Shown here in pieces: positions 20,699 to 29,250 of a stretch of DNA of 64,000 nucleotides. The notes beneath the pieces were generated by a model. That model saw only the letters and a program-made list of their open reading frames with translations. It had not been told where the DNA came from and ran no database searches. Every line of letters starts with the position of its first letter. The first letter of the stretch is position 1. The DNA lies in IMG/VR virus record IMGVR_UViG_3300032116_000082, positions 30,272-94,271 of that record. The stretch is one strand, 5' to 3'. Both the position numbers and the translations under genes were made by a program. This DNA is from a virus.

Positions 20699-21639
20699 AA
20701 ACCGAAGGTCTGGAGATACTCCCGCGCCTCATCAGGAATACCGTTCAGGAAGAAGTAGGCTTCCACCAGGAGCCACTGGATCACCGACTCAGGGAACTCC
20801 CAGAGATCCTCGAACGCAGGCGCCAGCAAGCCAACCGGCTTCCCGTTGGCGTCCACCACGTCCGTCGTGAAGTACAGGCGGGCCATCTCCTCGGCATTGT
20901 CGCGCCGCTGCTCGACCGAATCGGAGAAGATCTTGGAATGCTTGAGCTGCAATTCGGCCAAGCGCAGGCGCTCCTTCTGGAGCTTGACATACCGCTGCAG
21001 GCGCTCCCGTAGATCGTCGATCGTGTTCAGGTAATCGATCGTCTCAAGATCCGGCACCGCATTGACGAGCTCCTGATAATCCAGATCGAGGCTGTACACT
21101 TCCCGACCCTGCTTCGACGCGTGCTTGGCGTCGTACTCTTCAGAACGGTCCTTCGACCATTCCAGCCAGCGATCAAAACGCTCAATGACCTCCGCGGCTT
21201 TGTCCGCGTCCGTAATGTGCGTACTGATTGACTCCCGATAGGCAGACGCCGCATCCAGCAGCTGGACGGTCCAGCTCGACTGATCAACCCCATTCACGAA
21301 AAGGGCGCCCATTTCCCGGCTGGTCGAGGCCTGGAGGTCGGTCATCTCCTTGTCCATGGCGGAAGACCATTCCCCACGTTCCTGGACAAGCTTCAGGATC
21401 TGCTCATGGCTCAGAATCTCAGAATCCTGGAGGTCCTTGTGATACTGCCGCTGAACCACCTGGGAGATCTTTCGACGCTTCGCAGGGTTCAAACGCGTAA
21501 AGCGGACCCGCGTGACCGCGACTCCGCATTCCGATTCGAGCGTCTCCGCCAGGGCCTGCGGCATGTCCTTAATCCGGTAACCCCGCGCCAGCTCGTCTTC
21601 CAGCACTGTATCCAAACGCTTTTGCGTCTGCTGCTCCAT
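20548..21639 (-). CDS. Tail assembly chaperone (gpG-like), 363 aa
   Basis: Directly after the tail tube gene. Start moved to ATG 21639 (MEQQTQ; GGGGG RBS). The zero-frame tail after FGF is low-complexity S/E/P/A. Confidence 0.75.
   Translation of the reverse strand: MEQQTQKRLDTVLEDELARGYRIKDMPQALAETLESECGVAVTRVRFTRLNPAKRRKISQVVQRQYHKDLQDSEILSHEQILKLVQERGEWSSAMDKEMTDLQASTSREMGALFVNGVDQSSWTVQLLDAASAYRESISTHITDADKAAEVIERFDRWLEWSKDRSEEYDAKHASKQGREVYSLDLDYQELVNAVPDLETIDYLNTIDDLRERLQRYVKLQKERLRLAELQLKHSKIFSDSVEQRRDNAEEMARLYFTTDVVDANGKPVGLLAPAFEDLWEFPESVIQWLLVEAYFFLNGIPDEAREYLQTFGFLAADVGETTSSSGESEPSDESPAPPTSRLDSSPAAETDSGSSASVLATT
20698..20704 (-). other. Putative -1 programmed ribosomal frameshift site C GGT TTT
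   Basis: TTC GGT TTT CTC. tRNA-Phe on TTT can re-pair with the -1 TTT. Resembles the GGGTTTT-class slippery sites of tail chaperones. Confidence 0.7.
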
Positions 21640-21697
21640 AAAGCCCCCGAATAGTCGGTTCGTGTACCCCGCGCCTCTACGTGCGCTATCCATCGAG

Positions 21698-21729
21698 AAT
21701 AAGTCGATTCTTTGGCAACCAAAACGAAA
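21698..21729 (-). promoter_or_regulatory. Putative phage late promoter B
   Basis: Minus strand TTTCG-ttttggttgccaaagaat(18)-CGACTTATT. The upstream element overlaps the terminator U-tract. Confidence 0.7.
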
Positions 21730-21753
21730 CCGCCGCCCTCAGGGGGCGGCGGC
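21721..21753 (-). terminator. Rho-independent terminator after the tail tube gene
   Basis: GCCGCCGCCC-cctga-GGGCGGCGGT followed by TTCGTTTT. Confidence 0.85.
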
Positions 21754-21780
21754 TCGTTCCGGCGGGTGTGGTGACAAAAC

Positions 21781-23091
21781 TTAGATATTGAATCCCTGGA
21801 CTTGGAACTCAGAACCACGGAAGCTCCAGGTGATCTCGCCACGGCCGCCGACGTTAACGCGGCTGCCCATGGAATCCACGCGGAGGTCACCGAAGGTCAC
21901 CGTCTGCACCTTGGTGCCCTGCTTGGTGAAGTAGTCGATGATGACCGCGAACTCCTTCTTCATGTTCTCCGGCGCGAAGTCGTACACGTTGTCGTACACG
22001 TTCGACCCGGTGAAGGACTTGGTCAGCATCGCCTTCCAGTCCGCCCAGTCCGTCTCCATGACGGTGGCGTTCACGGACATGGTGAGCGGGTAGGTCGGGA
22101 CGCGCTGATAGATCGTCGTGCCCTGGTCGTTGTAAGCCACCTGCCGCAGCGCCTCCATCCGGAGGTCGACCGAGTAGTCAAGCGACTGCACGCGCAGCCA
22201 CTGCTCGGACGAAACCGGGGAAGCCTCATTCACAGGCGCAATGTACACATTCGCCTGGTAGCCGCGGACACCGAACACTGCCGTAGCACCGCTGCCCACG
22301 GTGTCCGGGGTATGCACCGCACTCCACTGGTTGTCACCGGAGACCGGGGTCGTCTTGTAGAAGACCGCCGTCGCCACGACACCAGACGGCACCGTGTAGC
22401 CAGCCGACATGGTGATCGTGCCGCCCGAGAACGCCGCGTACACCGGGTTCGCCACCTCAGTGGTGTAGGGAATCCCGTCGATGGTTACATACGCCAGCGT
22501 CCAGCCCGTATTGTAGGCCGCCCCGTCAATCAGAGTCAGCGTGCTCGAGCTGGCCTTGGTCGCCGGAACCGAGCGCACGACATGGTAGGGCGACGGGAAC
22601 CCAACAACGAACTGACCGGCCCAATTGACCGTGTCCATCGCCATGCCCGTCGTGTCCACCCGGCCCGTGAGCGTGGTCGGGTAGCAGCAGCCAAGGTACA
22701 CCGAGCGGTTGAAGGTCTTCTGCTCGGTCTTCTCATGCAGCACCGCATCGAACTTCAGGGCGGCCAGGTCGTCCTGGTTGAACGTGTAGCCGTTCACGCC
22801 CGTGCCGGACGCAGTCGGGGCATACTCGAAGCCCTCGAAGGCCCCGGTGCCGCTGTTGTACTTCGCCTTCATGCGGGCGATCAGGCCCGCCAGGTTTCCA
22901 GACGAGGCAAGCTCGAACGACCCGGAGGTCTCGAGCTCCATCAGGGTGTCGAGACGGGTCGTGCGACCAAGCTCGAACACATCCTGGGCATTGAAGTTCG
23001 GCTGCCAGGAGAAGTTCTGGACGAGCCCCAGCGTGTTGAAATTGTTCAGGCGCAGCGCCTTGTCGGTCCCAAGGACTTGAGTAACTGCCAT
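21781..23091 (-). CDS. Major tail tube protein (436 aa), apparently with two tandem tube domains
   Basis: Strong AGGAGG RBS, strongly GC3-biased codons, own terminator, located between the tail terminator and chaperone genes. Paired motifs LGLVQNFSW...DVFELG and LRVQSLDY...ALRQVA. Confidence 0.8.
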   Translation of the reverse strand: MAVTQVLGTDKALRLNNFNTLGLVQNFSWQPNFNAQDVFELGRTTRLDTLMELETSGSFELASSGNLAGLIARMKAKYNSGTGAFEGFEYAPTASGTGVNGYTFNQDDLAALKFDAVLHEKTEQKTFNRSVYLGCCYPTTLTGRVDTTGMAMDTVNWAGQFVVGFPSPYHVVRSVPATKASSSTLTLIDGAAYNTGWTLAYVTIDGIPYTTEVANPVYAAFSGGTITMSAGYTVPSGVVATAVFYKTTPVSGDNQWSAVHTPDTVGSGATAVFGVRGYQANVYIAPVNEASPVSSEQWLRVQSLDYSVDLRMEALRQVAYNDQGTTIYQRVPTYPLTMSVNATVMETDWADWKAMLTKSFTGSNVYDNVYDFAPENMKKEFAVIIDYFTKQGTKVQTVTFGDLRVDSMGSRVNVGGRGEITWSFRGSEFQVQGFNI

Positions 23092-23146
23092 TGTGCTATC
23101 CTCCTGTGGTTGTCGATCGCGTCACGAGACGGGCGATCACTCTGCC

Positions 23147-23779
23147 TTACGCCTCGTAACGGAGGCGCGCGTTCAACGTGAATTCAAAAGCTCTGCTTTC
23201 CGGCCCCAGCGGGTAAATCAAGGTGCCAACTGATGTCCGCTGTAACTCCATCAATCCTACTGATGCCTTCGTACCGGCATCATGATCCGCCACCGTGAGA
23301 AACTGACTCTCGTCAAACGCCACGCGGAGCGCATCTACGAGGTACAGCTGTTCACCTTGGTCCCGCGCCAGGCCGTACATATCCAGAGACGCAAACCGCT
23401 CACGCTCCCTCGATCCGAGGCCCAACAGACCGCCGTTCCCCTCATGCTGGACCTGCAAGACAATACTAGGCACCGGCATGTCCTCTGGGGAAAGGACAGC
23501 ACCATCGCTAGTAGGTCGAGTGGGAAACTGCGGAAACGAAAAGTCATCGTTCCGTATCGTCAGGATCCCGCGACTATCGTTATACCGGGAAGCCACTGCC
23601 GAATCCGACAGAAGAATGGCCGCCTGATTCGCCTGGTATTGAGGATAGACCCCGTCCGGCGTCTGGAGGGCATCCAGGGTCGGCCAGTACAGCAAATAGT
23701 CGTGGCTCAACAGCGTACTCGCCAACACCTCGGCGACGCTGTTGGTCAGATTAGTCAGGCTGTACGCTGCGAGCGCCAT
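23147..23779 (-). CDS. Putative tail terminator protein (210 aa)
   Basis: Immediately upstream of the tail tube gene. PVPSIVL...LGLG...SLDMYG pattern. Confidence 0.55.
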   Translation of the reverse strand: MALAAYSLTNLTNSVAEVLASTLLSHDYLLYWPTLDALQTPDGVYPQYQANQAAILLSDSAVASRYNDSRGILTIRNDDFSFPQFPTRPTSDGAVLSPEDMPVPSIVLQVQHEGNGGLLGLGSRERERFASLDMYGLARDQGEQLYLVDALRVAFDESQFLTVADHDAGTKASVGLMELQRTSVGTLIYPLGPESRAFEFTLNARLRYEA

Positions 23780-23969
23780 ACCGGATACACTCCTTCGCCA
23801 AGTTCCAAACCCGACGAATCACCTGGTTGCGAAGCTCATTGAACTGGACCGGGTGGGAGACCTCGGCAGGATCCAATGCGGCCAACTCTTCCATCGTGCC
23901 CATGAGCAGCTTGATCGTGGCGTTTACCTCCGCCTCGATCCGTTTCTGCTCTTCCGTACGTTCCATCAT
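23751..23969 (-). CDS. Hypothetical protein (72 aa)
   Basis: MMERTEEQKR...; TAATG coupling to the upstream gene. Confidence 0.6.
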   Translation of the reverse strand: MMERTEEQKRIEAEVNATIKLLMGTMEELAALDPAEVSHPVQFNELRNQVIRRVWNLAKECIRYGARSVQPD

Positions 23970-24451
23970 TACGACTTCACCGCCCCAGCCAGCGCCACGT
24001 AATACGTCCCGGAATTGATCATGCTGGCGGCTGGCCGAACGACGCTCATGACCTTGAATCGGGTTCCTGCGATTTCGACGTAATCGCACCCGTCCAGGAT
24101 CGTTCCACCCTCAGGCTTGTCCACGTCGGCCGAGATCACACGAGCGTATCCCTTCACATCCCGGTTCCACCCGCCGATCTCGGCCCCTGCCCTGGTACTT
24201 CGAAGGTCACTCAGCGCCGACGTCTCAAGGTACAAACACGGCACCTCGACATCCGGCAGAATGCGCTCCGGCTCTTCCTCCGGGACGGGCTGGGGATTCG
24301 GCTTTGCCAGCAGCGGAGCGACCGGGAGCGGAACCGGCGTCGTCCCACTCGGCTTGGTACGAGCCTTGGGAAATACGATCCGCATGGTATAGTCGCTCGC
24401 CCGAATACGAGCGATGACCCGCTCAGACACCCGACGCGCGTTGACGGCCAT
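23969..24451 (-). CDS. Putative head closure/stopper protein (160 aa)
   Basis: Second neck gene. Beta-rich C-terminus DYVEIAGTRFKVMSV. TAATG coupling. Confidence 0.55.
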   Translation of the reverse strand: MAVNARRVSERVIARIRASDYTMRIVFPKARTKPSGTTPVPLPVAPLLAKPNPQPVPEEEPERILPDVEVPCLYLETSALSDLRSTRAGAEIGGWNRDVKGYARVISADVDKPEGGTILDGCDYVEIAGTRFKVMSVVRPAASMINSGTYYVALAGAVKS

Positions 24452-24891
24452 TAGTGCTTCCTGGCGTTAGCCGTTGTCCGCTGATACGTCACCAGAAGCT
24501 GGTTGTAGTCCGATTTCAGCTCTTCCAGCATGGCCTTGTAGGCCCGCTCGGCAGAGATCGAGGATTCCTCTTCCAGACCAGATCGCCAGCTGACGCCCAA
24601 CTCACCCCGATCCACCCGCTCCCGATAGGTGGACGACAAGACTTCATGCGCCACCGCGTAGATCAGAATGACCATCTGCGAGTCGGAGGCGTTTTGAATT
24701 CCATAGGTGGAGATATCCTGTCGGTTCAGACCGATCGCCACCGTGTCAAAGCCCTGGACCAGGCGGACTGCCAGCTCCACCCTGGCGTCTTCCGCCGATG
24801 AGAGGAGCTGGAGATCGGTCCGTCGCTGGGCAGCCGTGTCGACATCAGACAGCTTCCGGCGCAACATCTTCAACCACTGATCAGTCGTCAC
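24451..24891 (-). CDS. Putative head-tail adaptor (146 aa)
   Basis: Helical; LRRKLSDVD...TDLQL pattern; located downstream of the MCP; GGAGG RBS. Confidence 0.6.
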   Translation of the reverse strand: MTTDQWLKMLRRKLSDVDTAAQRRTDLQLLSSAEDARVELAVRLVQGFDTVAIGLNRQDISTYGIQNASDSQMVILIYAVAHEVLSSTYRERVDRGELGVSWRSGLEEESSISAERAYKAMLEELKSDYNQLLVTYQRTTANARKH

Positions 24892-24907
24892 GGCCCCTCC
24901 GAGTTAC

Positions 24908-25642
24908 TTAGGCTCGCGCCAGCCGGTTGCTGGAGCCTGTTTCCAGATGTCGCACCTTGGCCACCGGATTCAGCTCATCGAGCCGCTCCTCGGCCAGCTC
25001 TTCCACCACCCGGAACAGCGCAGGGAGATCCCGAATGGACTTCCGCGCCCGCTCCGGATCGTCCTGATACTTCGACTCCCCGATCCGGACAATTTCCTGG
25101 TCCACCGCGTAGAGCAACCGGCGCAGCGACGGCTCAGACGTCATTCCGGCAATCGCGTCGCGCAGCTCGTCCTCTGTGCGATCCACGATCCACATCCGAG
25201 GATCCAGAATGACGTTCTTCTTGGCGTCCGGGTGCATATCGTCCGGACGATCTTCCGGGGCGGCATTTTCTGCCGGACCCAGAATCGAGTCGTCCCGGAC
25301 GATCAGCCCACGGCCCACCTGGTTGCCCGTACGAATCTGCTGCCAAAACGCATAACTGATGACCGCACGAGTCCGCGGGTCCGCCACGCCAGGAACCTCA
25401 GGGTTGAGGTTGTACTCCACCACTTGTCCAGACGTCTTGTCGAGCATCCCAACGCTGTAATTCGAAACATTCCGGATTCCGACGACGAGCTGTCCGCCTG
25501 TGAAGAACTGCTTCTGATTCGCACCCAGCTGGGCCGCCATCTGGGCCTGCTGCTGGGACATGCGCTCGATCGTCTCAAGCGCCTTAGCGTACCGCTCCTC
25601 CAAATCCGCAATCCTGGTCTGCTCAGCCTTACGTGGGGGCAT
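24908..25642 (-). CDS. Hypothetical protein downstream of the MCP (244 aa)
   Basis: GGGAG RBS, N-terminal coiled coil, first gene after promoter C. Confidence 0.7.
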   Translation of the reverse strand: MPPRKAEQTRIADLEERYAKALETIERMSQQQAQMAAQLGANQKQFFTGGQLVVGIRNVSNYSVGMLDKTSGQVVEYNLNPEVPGVADPRTRAVISYAFWQQIRTGNQVGRGLIVRDDSILGPAENAAPEDRPDDMHPDAKKNVILDPRMWIVDRTEDELRDAIAGMTSEPSLRRLLYAVDQEIVRIGESKYQDDPERARKSIRDLPALFRVVEELAEERLDELNPVAKVRHLETGSSNRLARA

Positions 25643-25703
25643 GTCGTTCTCCCGCGCCTAGAGGCGCTGTGGTAATTCCCAGGATCCAACCACAGATCCC
25701 GTC

Positions 25704-25734
25704 AATAAGTCGGTGTCAGCAGGCAAAAGCGGGA
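25704..25734 (-). promoter_or_regulatory. Putative phage late promoter C
   Basis: Minus strand TCCCG-cttttgcctgctgacac(17)-CGACTTATT. Confidence 0.65.
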
Positions 25735-25791
25735 ACGGCTAACACCGCTCCACACAAGGGGATTGACGGGCCTGATCACAACCTTACGCCA

Positions 25792-25824
25792 CAAACAACG
25801 AAGGGACCGGCGTTGGCCGGTCCC
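25792..25824 (-). terminator. Rho-independent terminator after the MCP
   Basis: GGGACCGG-ccaacg-CCGGTCCC followed by TTCGTTGTTTG. Confidence 0.8.
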
Positions 25825-25847
25825 CCGTTGCCTGCGGAGTGCCGCTA

Positions 25848-26819
25848 TCAGACCTCGATGATCCGATAGGCGTACGGGTTCCACACCAGGAGCCCCTCCT
25901 CCATCCGCATACCGGTCGTGAAGACGCCGACCCGCGGGTCGGTCTCGGCATAGTTCAGGAAGGAGAGGTCGATCTCGGCGAGGACCGCGCCCTTCGCCCC
26001 GCCCGCGATATACACGCGGTCGTTGCGGATGACATGGTTCCCGTGCTTCCGCGAGAACTTGTCGATGAGCGTCACGATCGGGCTGCCCTGGTAGACACCC
26101 GTCACGCCACGCACTTCGAACTCACGAAGCCCGTCCTGCGACCAGCCGTTGAAACCACGGATGGCCGGGTAGAGCGCCGTGTGACGGCCAAAGATGCTCG
26201 GCGCCTCGCCGTCATCCTTGAGACCATCGAGGGCCTTCTCGAGGTTCGTGTCGGTCAGCCCGCTGTAGCGGAGCGTGAAGCCGGACACGCCCGAGCGGTC
26301 GGCCGTCGCCGCGGGCACGCCCGCGTCGATACCATCGAGCACGAACTGCACGCGATTGCGGTTGATGGACTCGGCGATGTTGTTCACCGCGTCCGAGGCG
26401 CTCATCGCGCCCGAGGCGATCTCCTCGAGCGGAATCTCCACGGCAATTTCCTTCGCCGTGGTGGTCATGCCCCACTCGACCTTGGTCAGGCGCTGCGACA
26501 GCGCCTTGGTGCCGTAGGCACGCTTGGTAACCTTGAGGTCACCACGCATTTCCTGGAACAGGATCTGGTCGCCGAGGTTGTAGGTGCGGCGATCCACCAT
26601 GAACGGGGTCGGGTCCGTGAGGGCCACGGTGTCCTCGACCAGCTGCACCACAAGCTGGGCGATCTCGATCTTGTTGGCCTCAAGCTCCTTGAGACCCTTC
26701 GGATCAATACGGCCCTTCTTGTCGTGTCCGACAGCGGCCTTGAAGATCCGATCCAGCTCAGTCTTGTGGTCCGCGATCTCAGCCGCGGTCCGATTAGCGG
26801 TCTTAAACTGCATGATCAA
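25848..26819 (-). CDS. Major capsid protein (323 aa, HK97-fold inferred)
   Basis: TAAGGAGG RBS, strong codon bias, tandem stop codons plus terminator. Follows protease/scaffold and a 165-aa gene. GVYQGSPIV motif. Confidence 0.85.
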   Translation of the reverse strand: MIMQFKTANRTAAEIADHKTELDRIFKAAVGHDKKGRIDPKGLKELEANKIEIAQLVVQLVEDTVALTDPTPFMVDRRTYNLGDQILFQEMRGDLKVTKRAYGTKALSQRLTKVEWGMTTTAKEIAVEIPLEEIASGAMSASDAVNNIAESINRNRVQFVLDGIDAGVPAATADRSGVSGFTLRYSGLTDTNLEKALDGLKDDGEAPSIFGRHTALYPAIRGFNGWSQDGLREFEVRGVTGVYQGSPIVTLIDKFSRKHGNHVIRNDRVYIAGGAKGAVLAEIDLSFLNYAETDPRVGVFTTGMRMEEGLLVWNPYAYRIIEV

Positions 26820-26850
26820 TCCTCCTTATTCGGTGATCAGGTCCGATGAG

Positions 26851-27348
26851 TTAAACCAGCTCGATGCGGACCTTGCCGCCGAGCACGTCGAACACGCGCC
26901 CAACCACCGGAGAGGTGATCGCGCCAGAGACGTTGGCCTTGCAAAACTTGCCGCCCTTGATCGCCAGCGCCTCGCCGACTACCGGAAGCGCGCCAGAAGC
27001 GGCCGGGTTCAGCGAAGTGTGAAGGAGGGACGGGTCATACTCGATGATGGCGCCCTTCGCCACCTGGACAATCGCGTCGCCGCTCTTGATGGCAACCACG
27101 CGCGAACCCCACTCGGTCGGGACGCCGAAGAGGCTCTCCGAGACCTGGAGCTGGTCCACCGAGACCTTGGCGGCCACACCCCACTTGCCATCGACCAGCT
27201 CGGCCGAGTCAGAATCCCCGACCGTCAGGGCCTTACGCTCACCAGCGGCGTTCGCGCTGATCTTGATCACCGCGCCGAGGGCAATGTCCTCGCCCGCGAC
27301 GGCGGTATGACGCGGCGCGTCATAGAAATTTGCAATGTGCAGCTTCAT
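26851..27348 (-). CDS. Capsid decoration/cement protein (165 aa)
   Basis: AGGAGG RBS; Gly/Ala/Val-rich beta pattern (AGEDIALGAVIKI...VVGRVFDV); lies between scaffold and MCP. Confidence 0.7.
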   Translation of the reverse strand: MKLHIANFYDAPRHTAVAGEDIALGAVIKISANAAGERKALTVGDSDSAELVDGKWGVAAKVSVDQLQVSESLFGVPTEWGSRVVAIKSGDAIVQVAKGAIIEYDPSLLHTSLNPAASGALPVVGEALAIKGGKFCKANVSGAITSPVVGRVFDVLGGKVRIELV

Positions 27349-27365
27349 GTTTTCCTCCTACAAGG

Positions 27366-27386
27366 GTTGCCGCTATCGCGGGTTAC
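27366..27386 (-). repeat. Direct repeat, copy 2 (GTAACCCGCGATAGCGGCAAC)
   Basis: Near-identical to 29231-29250. Both copies begin at a TAA stop codon. Confidence 0.6.
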
Positions 27387-29140
27387 TTGATGAGCGCGGA
27401 AACCTTCGCGCTCAGCTCCGTGACACTGCCCGCAGGCAGAGCGCCCTCTTCCTCAGAGAGCTTCAGGTAGCTGATCTTGGTATCAGCAAACCCAACAAAC
27501 AGATCGCTCTTGAACTCCATCCAGCTCTCATCCGAGGCCGTCGACCAGCGGGCCACGAAACGAGCCTGCTCCTCATCATTCCGCTTGGCAAACGCCGCGC
27601 GGTACGACTCGGGCAGCTCCGCGAAACGGGCAGACCAGCGCTGCTCGATCGCCAGCTTCTCCTGCTCGGCCGCGATCTGCGCCAGGGAGGCATTCGCCGT
27701 CTCCAGCTCAGTCACCATCGCCGCCATCTGCTCCGCCGCCGTCGCCAGTTCGGCCTGCAGGGCATCCCGCTTGAGCTCGGCCTCTTCGGCACGAGCGGTG
27801 AGAGCCGCAACCGAAGCGTCGAGCTCAGCCAGCTTCGCCTGATGCTCAACCTTCGCCTGGGCCGCGAGGTCCAGCTCCGTCTTCAGCACAGCGTTCGCCT
27901 CGAGAGCCGCTTCGAGCGCCGCCTGAGACATGTCGTTCTGATTCTCCATTGTCTCCTCCTCCGTGCGCGTCGCCCGACGGGCCCTCACGCGCTCCTTGGC
28001 TTCGTTTAACACTGACCGCATGTGGTCGAGGCCACGAGAGCCGACAGCCAGCCACTTCACCTGCGCTACCACCCCCGCCAACTGAAAATCCTCGTAGTGG
28101 CGGGCCACCCACGCCTCACGCAGGCGGACTGCATACTCCTCAGTCGCAGTGGTCGTCTTGCCCCCACGGCGAGCCACCGGAGCTAACCGGCGGAACTGGT
28201 CGTTTCCGCGGATATTGCCGCCTCGACGCCAGATTTCCGGCCAGTTTTCCTTCAGGTCGGTCGCCTCATCCAACGGAAACAACTTCCACTGGCTATTTCT
28301 GAGGCTGACCGCCTTATCTTCACCGGGCGTTGGGAAATTCGTCTTGCCCTTCTTGGCGCCAGACAGCACCTCGGTAGCAGATGCCTGCTCCAGGTCGCTG
28401 TCAGACCACTGCTCTTCATCAAGGGAAGCCGCATCCCACTCCCACCATTCACGGGGCCGCTTCTGCTCGGGCATCTGATCCATGTTCTCGATCAGGCCCT
28501 TCGCGTCCGGATCACCAGGCGGAACGTTCAACGCTGACAGCGTAAAGAAGACCGGCTCAATCGCGATCTCGTACGCTCCGTTCTGATCCCGGCCCCGCTC
28601 AACGTTGGTCGGGATACAGGCCATCGAGAACTCGATGTAGCCCTTCTCCCGCTGGATCCGAAGCATTTCCTCTGCGTACTCGGGAAACGCCCAGGCCCAG
28701 ACCACCCCTTTTGCCTCGATACCAAGGGCGCCTCTGCCCTCATAGGCAGCGTCGTCCTGCTTGGCCTCGGCGGCGTACCACACCCCGATAGCCTTCGACA
28801 CCCCGTCCTGCGGAACCACGGCACTGTGATTCCAGTCCATCGGCAGGAAGTTCGGCGCTGCAAGCTTCTCTGCGGCGGGCGCCAAGTCTTCGACGCGGAA
28901 TACGAGGTTGTTGTTGTTCTTGCCTTCGTGAACCATCCAAGCCGTCACTAGCAGCTTTGTTGGCTCACCGTCGGTGACCATCGGCATGAACATCGAGGTC
29001 TTCATCGCCTGCGCGACACGAGCCTCTTCGGTGTCCCCAGGAGTGAGCTCCTGCACCGTCGCCCGCGCCGTGATGAATCGGACCCGTTCGAGACCAGCCG
29101 ACAGGCCGTTCGAACTTTCCTGTCGGTTGTTCTCGTCCAT
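27383..29140 (-). CDS. Prohead protease-scaffold fusion with an extra central domain (585 aa)
   Basis: N-terminal protease-like HEGKNNNNLVF...PMDWNH...IG...FSMAC; acidic coiled-coil C-terminus. Start moved to ATG 29140 (GGAGGAGG RBS). Confidence 0.75.
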   Translation of the reverse strand: MDENNRQESSNGLSAGLERVRFITARATVQELTPGDTEEARVAQAMKTSMFMPMVTDGEPTKLLVTAWMVHEGKNNNNLVFRVEDLAPAAEKLAAPNFLPMDWNHSAVVPQDGVSKAIGVWYAAEAKQDDAAYEGRGALGIEAKGVVWAWAFPEYAEEMLRIQREKGYIEFSMACIPTNVERGRDQNGAYEIAIEPVFFTLSALNVPPGDPDAKGLIENMDQMPEQKRPREWWEWDAASLDEEQWSDSDLEQASATEVLSGAKKGKTNFPTPGEDKAVSLRNSQWKLFPLDEATDLKENWPEIWRRGGNIRGNDQFRRLAPVARRGGKTTTATEEYAVRLREAWVARHYEDFQLAGVVAQVKWLAVGSRGLDHMRSVLNEAKERVRARRATRTEEETMENQNDMSQAALEAALEANAVLKTELDLAAQAKVEHQAKLAELDASVAALTARAEEAELKRDALQAELATAAEQMAAMVTELETANASLAQIAAEQEKLAIEQRWSARFAELPESYRAAFAKRNDEEQARFVARWSTASDESWMEFKSDLFVGFADTKISYLKLSEEEGALPAGSVTELSAKVSALIK

Positions 29141-29180
29141 CCAGCCTCCTCCGCTGTCGCCGACCACAAAGGCCATCACG

Positions 29181-29212
29181 AATGAGTCGTGATCAGCGCC
29201 GCAAAAACGCAG
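29181..29212 (-). promoter_or_regulatory. Putative phage late promoter E
   Basis: Minus strand CTGCG-tttttgcggcgctgatca(18)-CGACTCATT. Heads the protease-decoration-MCP operon. Confidence 0.7.
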
Positions 29213-29230
29213 AAGAAGGCCCGGTTACTC

Positions 29231-29250
29231 GTTCCACTGTCGCGGGTTAC
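29231..29250 (-). repeat. Direct repeat, copy 1 (GTAACCCGCGACAGTGGAAC)
   Basis: Near-identical to 27366-27386. Confidence 0.6.

Noticed and set aside
23100-23146. GATCG-N18-CGACAACCA upstream of the tail tube gene
   Set aside because: Spacing fits but the core matches only CGAC. Better explained by a GATCGC/GCGATC hairpin.
21802-23181. Long plus-strand ORFs (also 14857-16008, 25839-26849, 46055-47500, 50292-51506 and others)
   Set aside because: Antisense shadows of GC3-biased minus-strand genes: R/H/V-rich, with no motifs or RBS.
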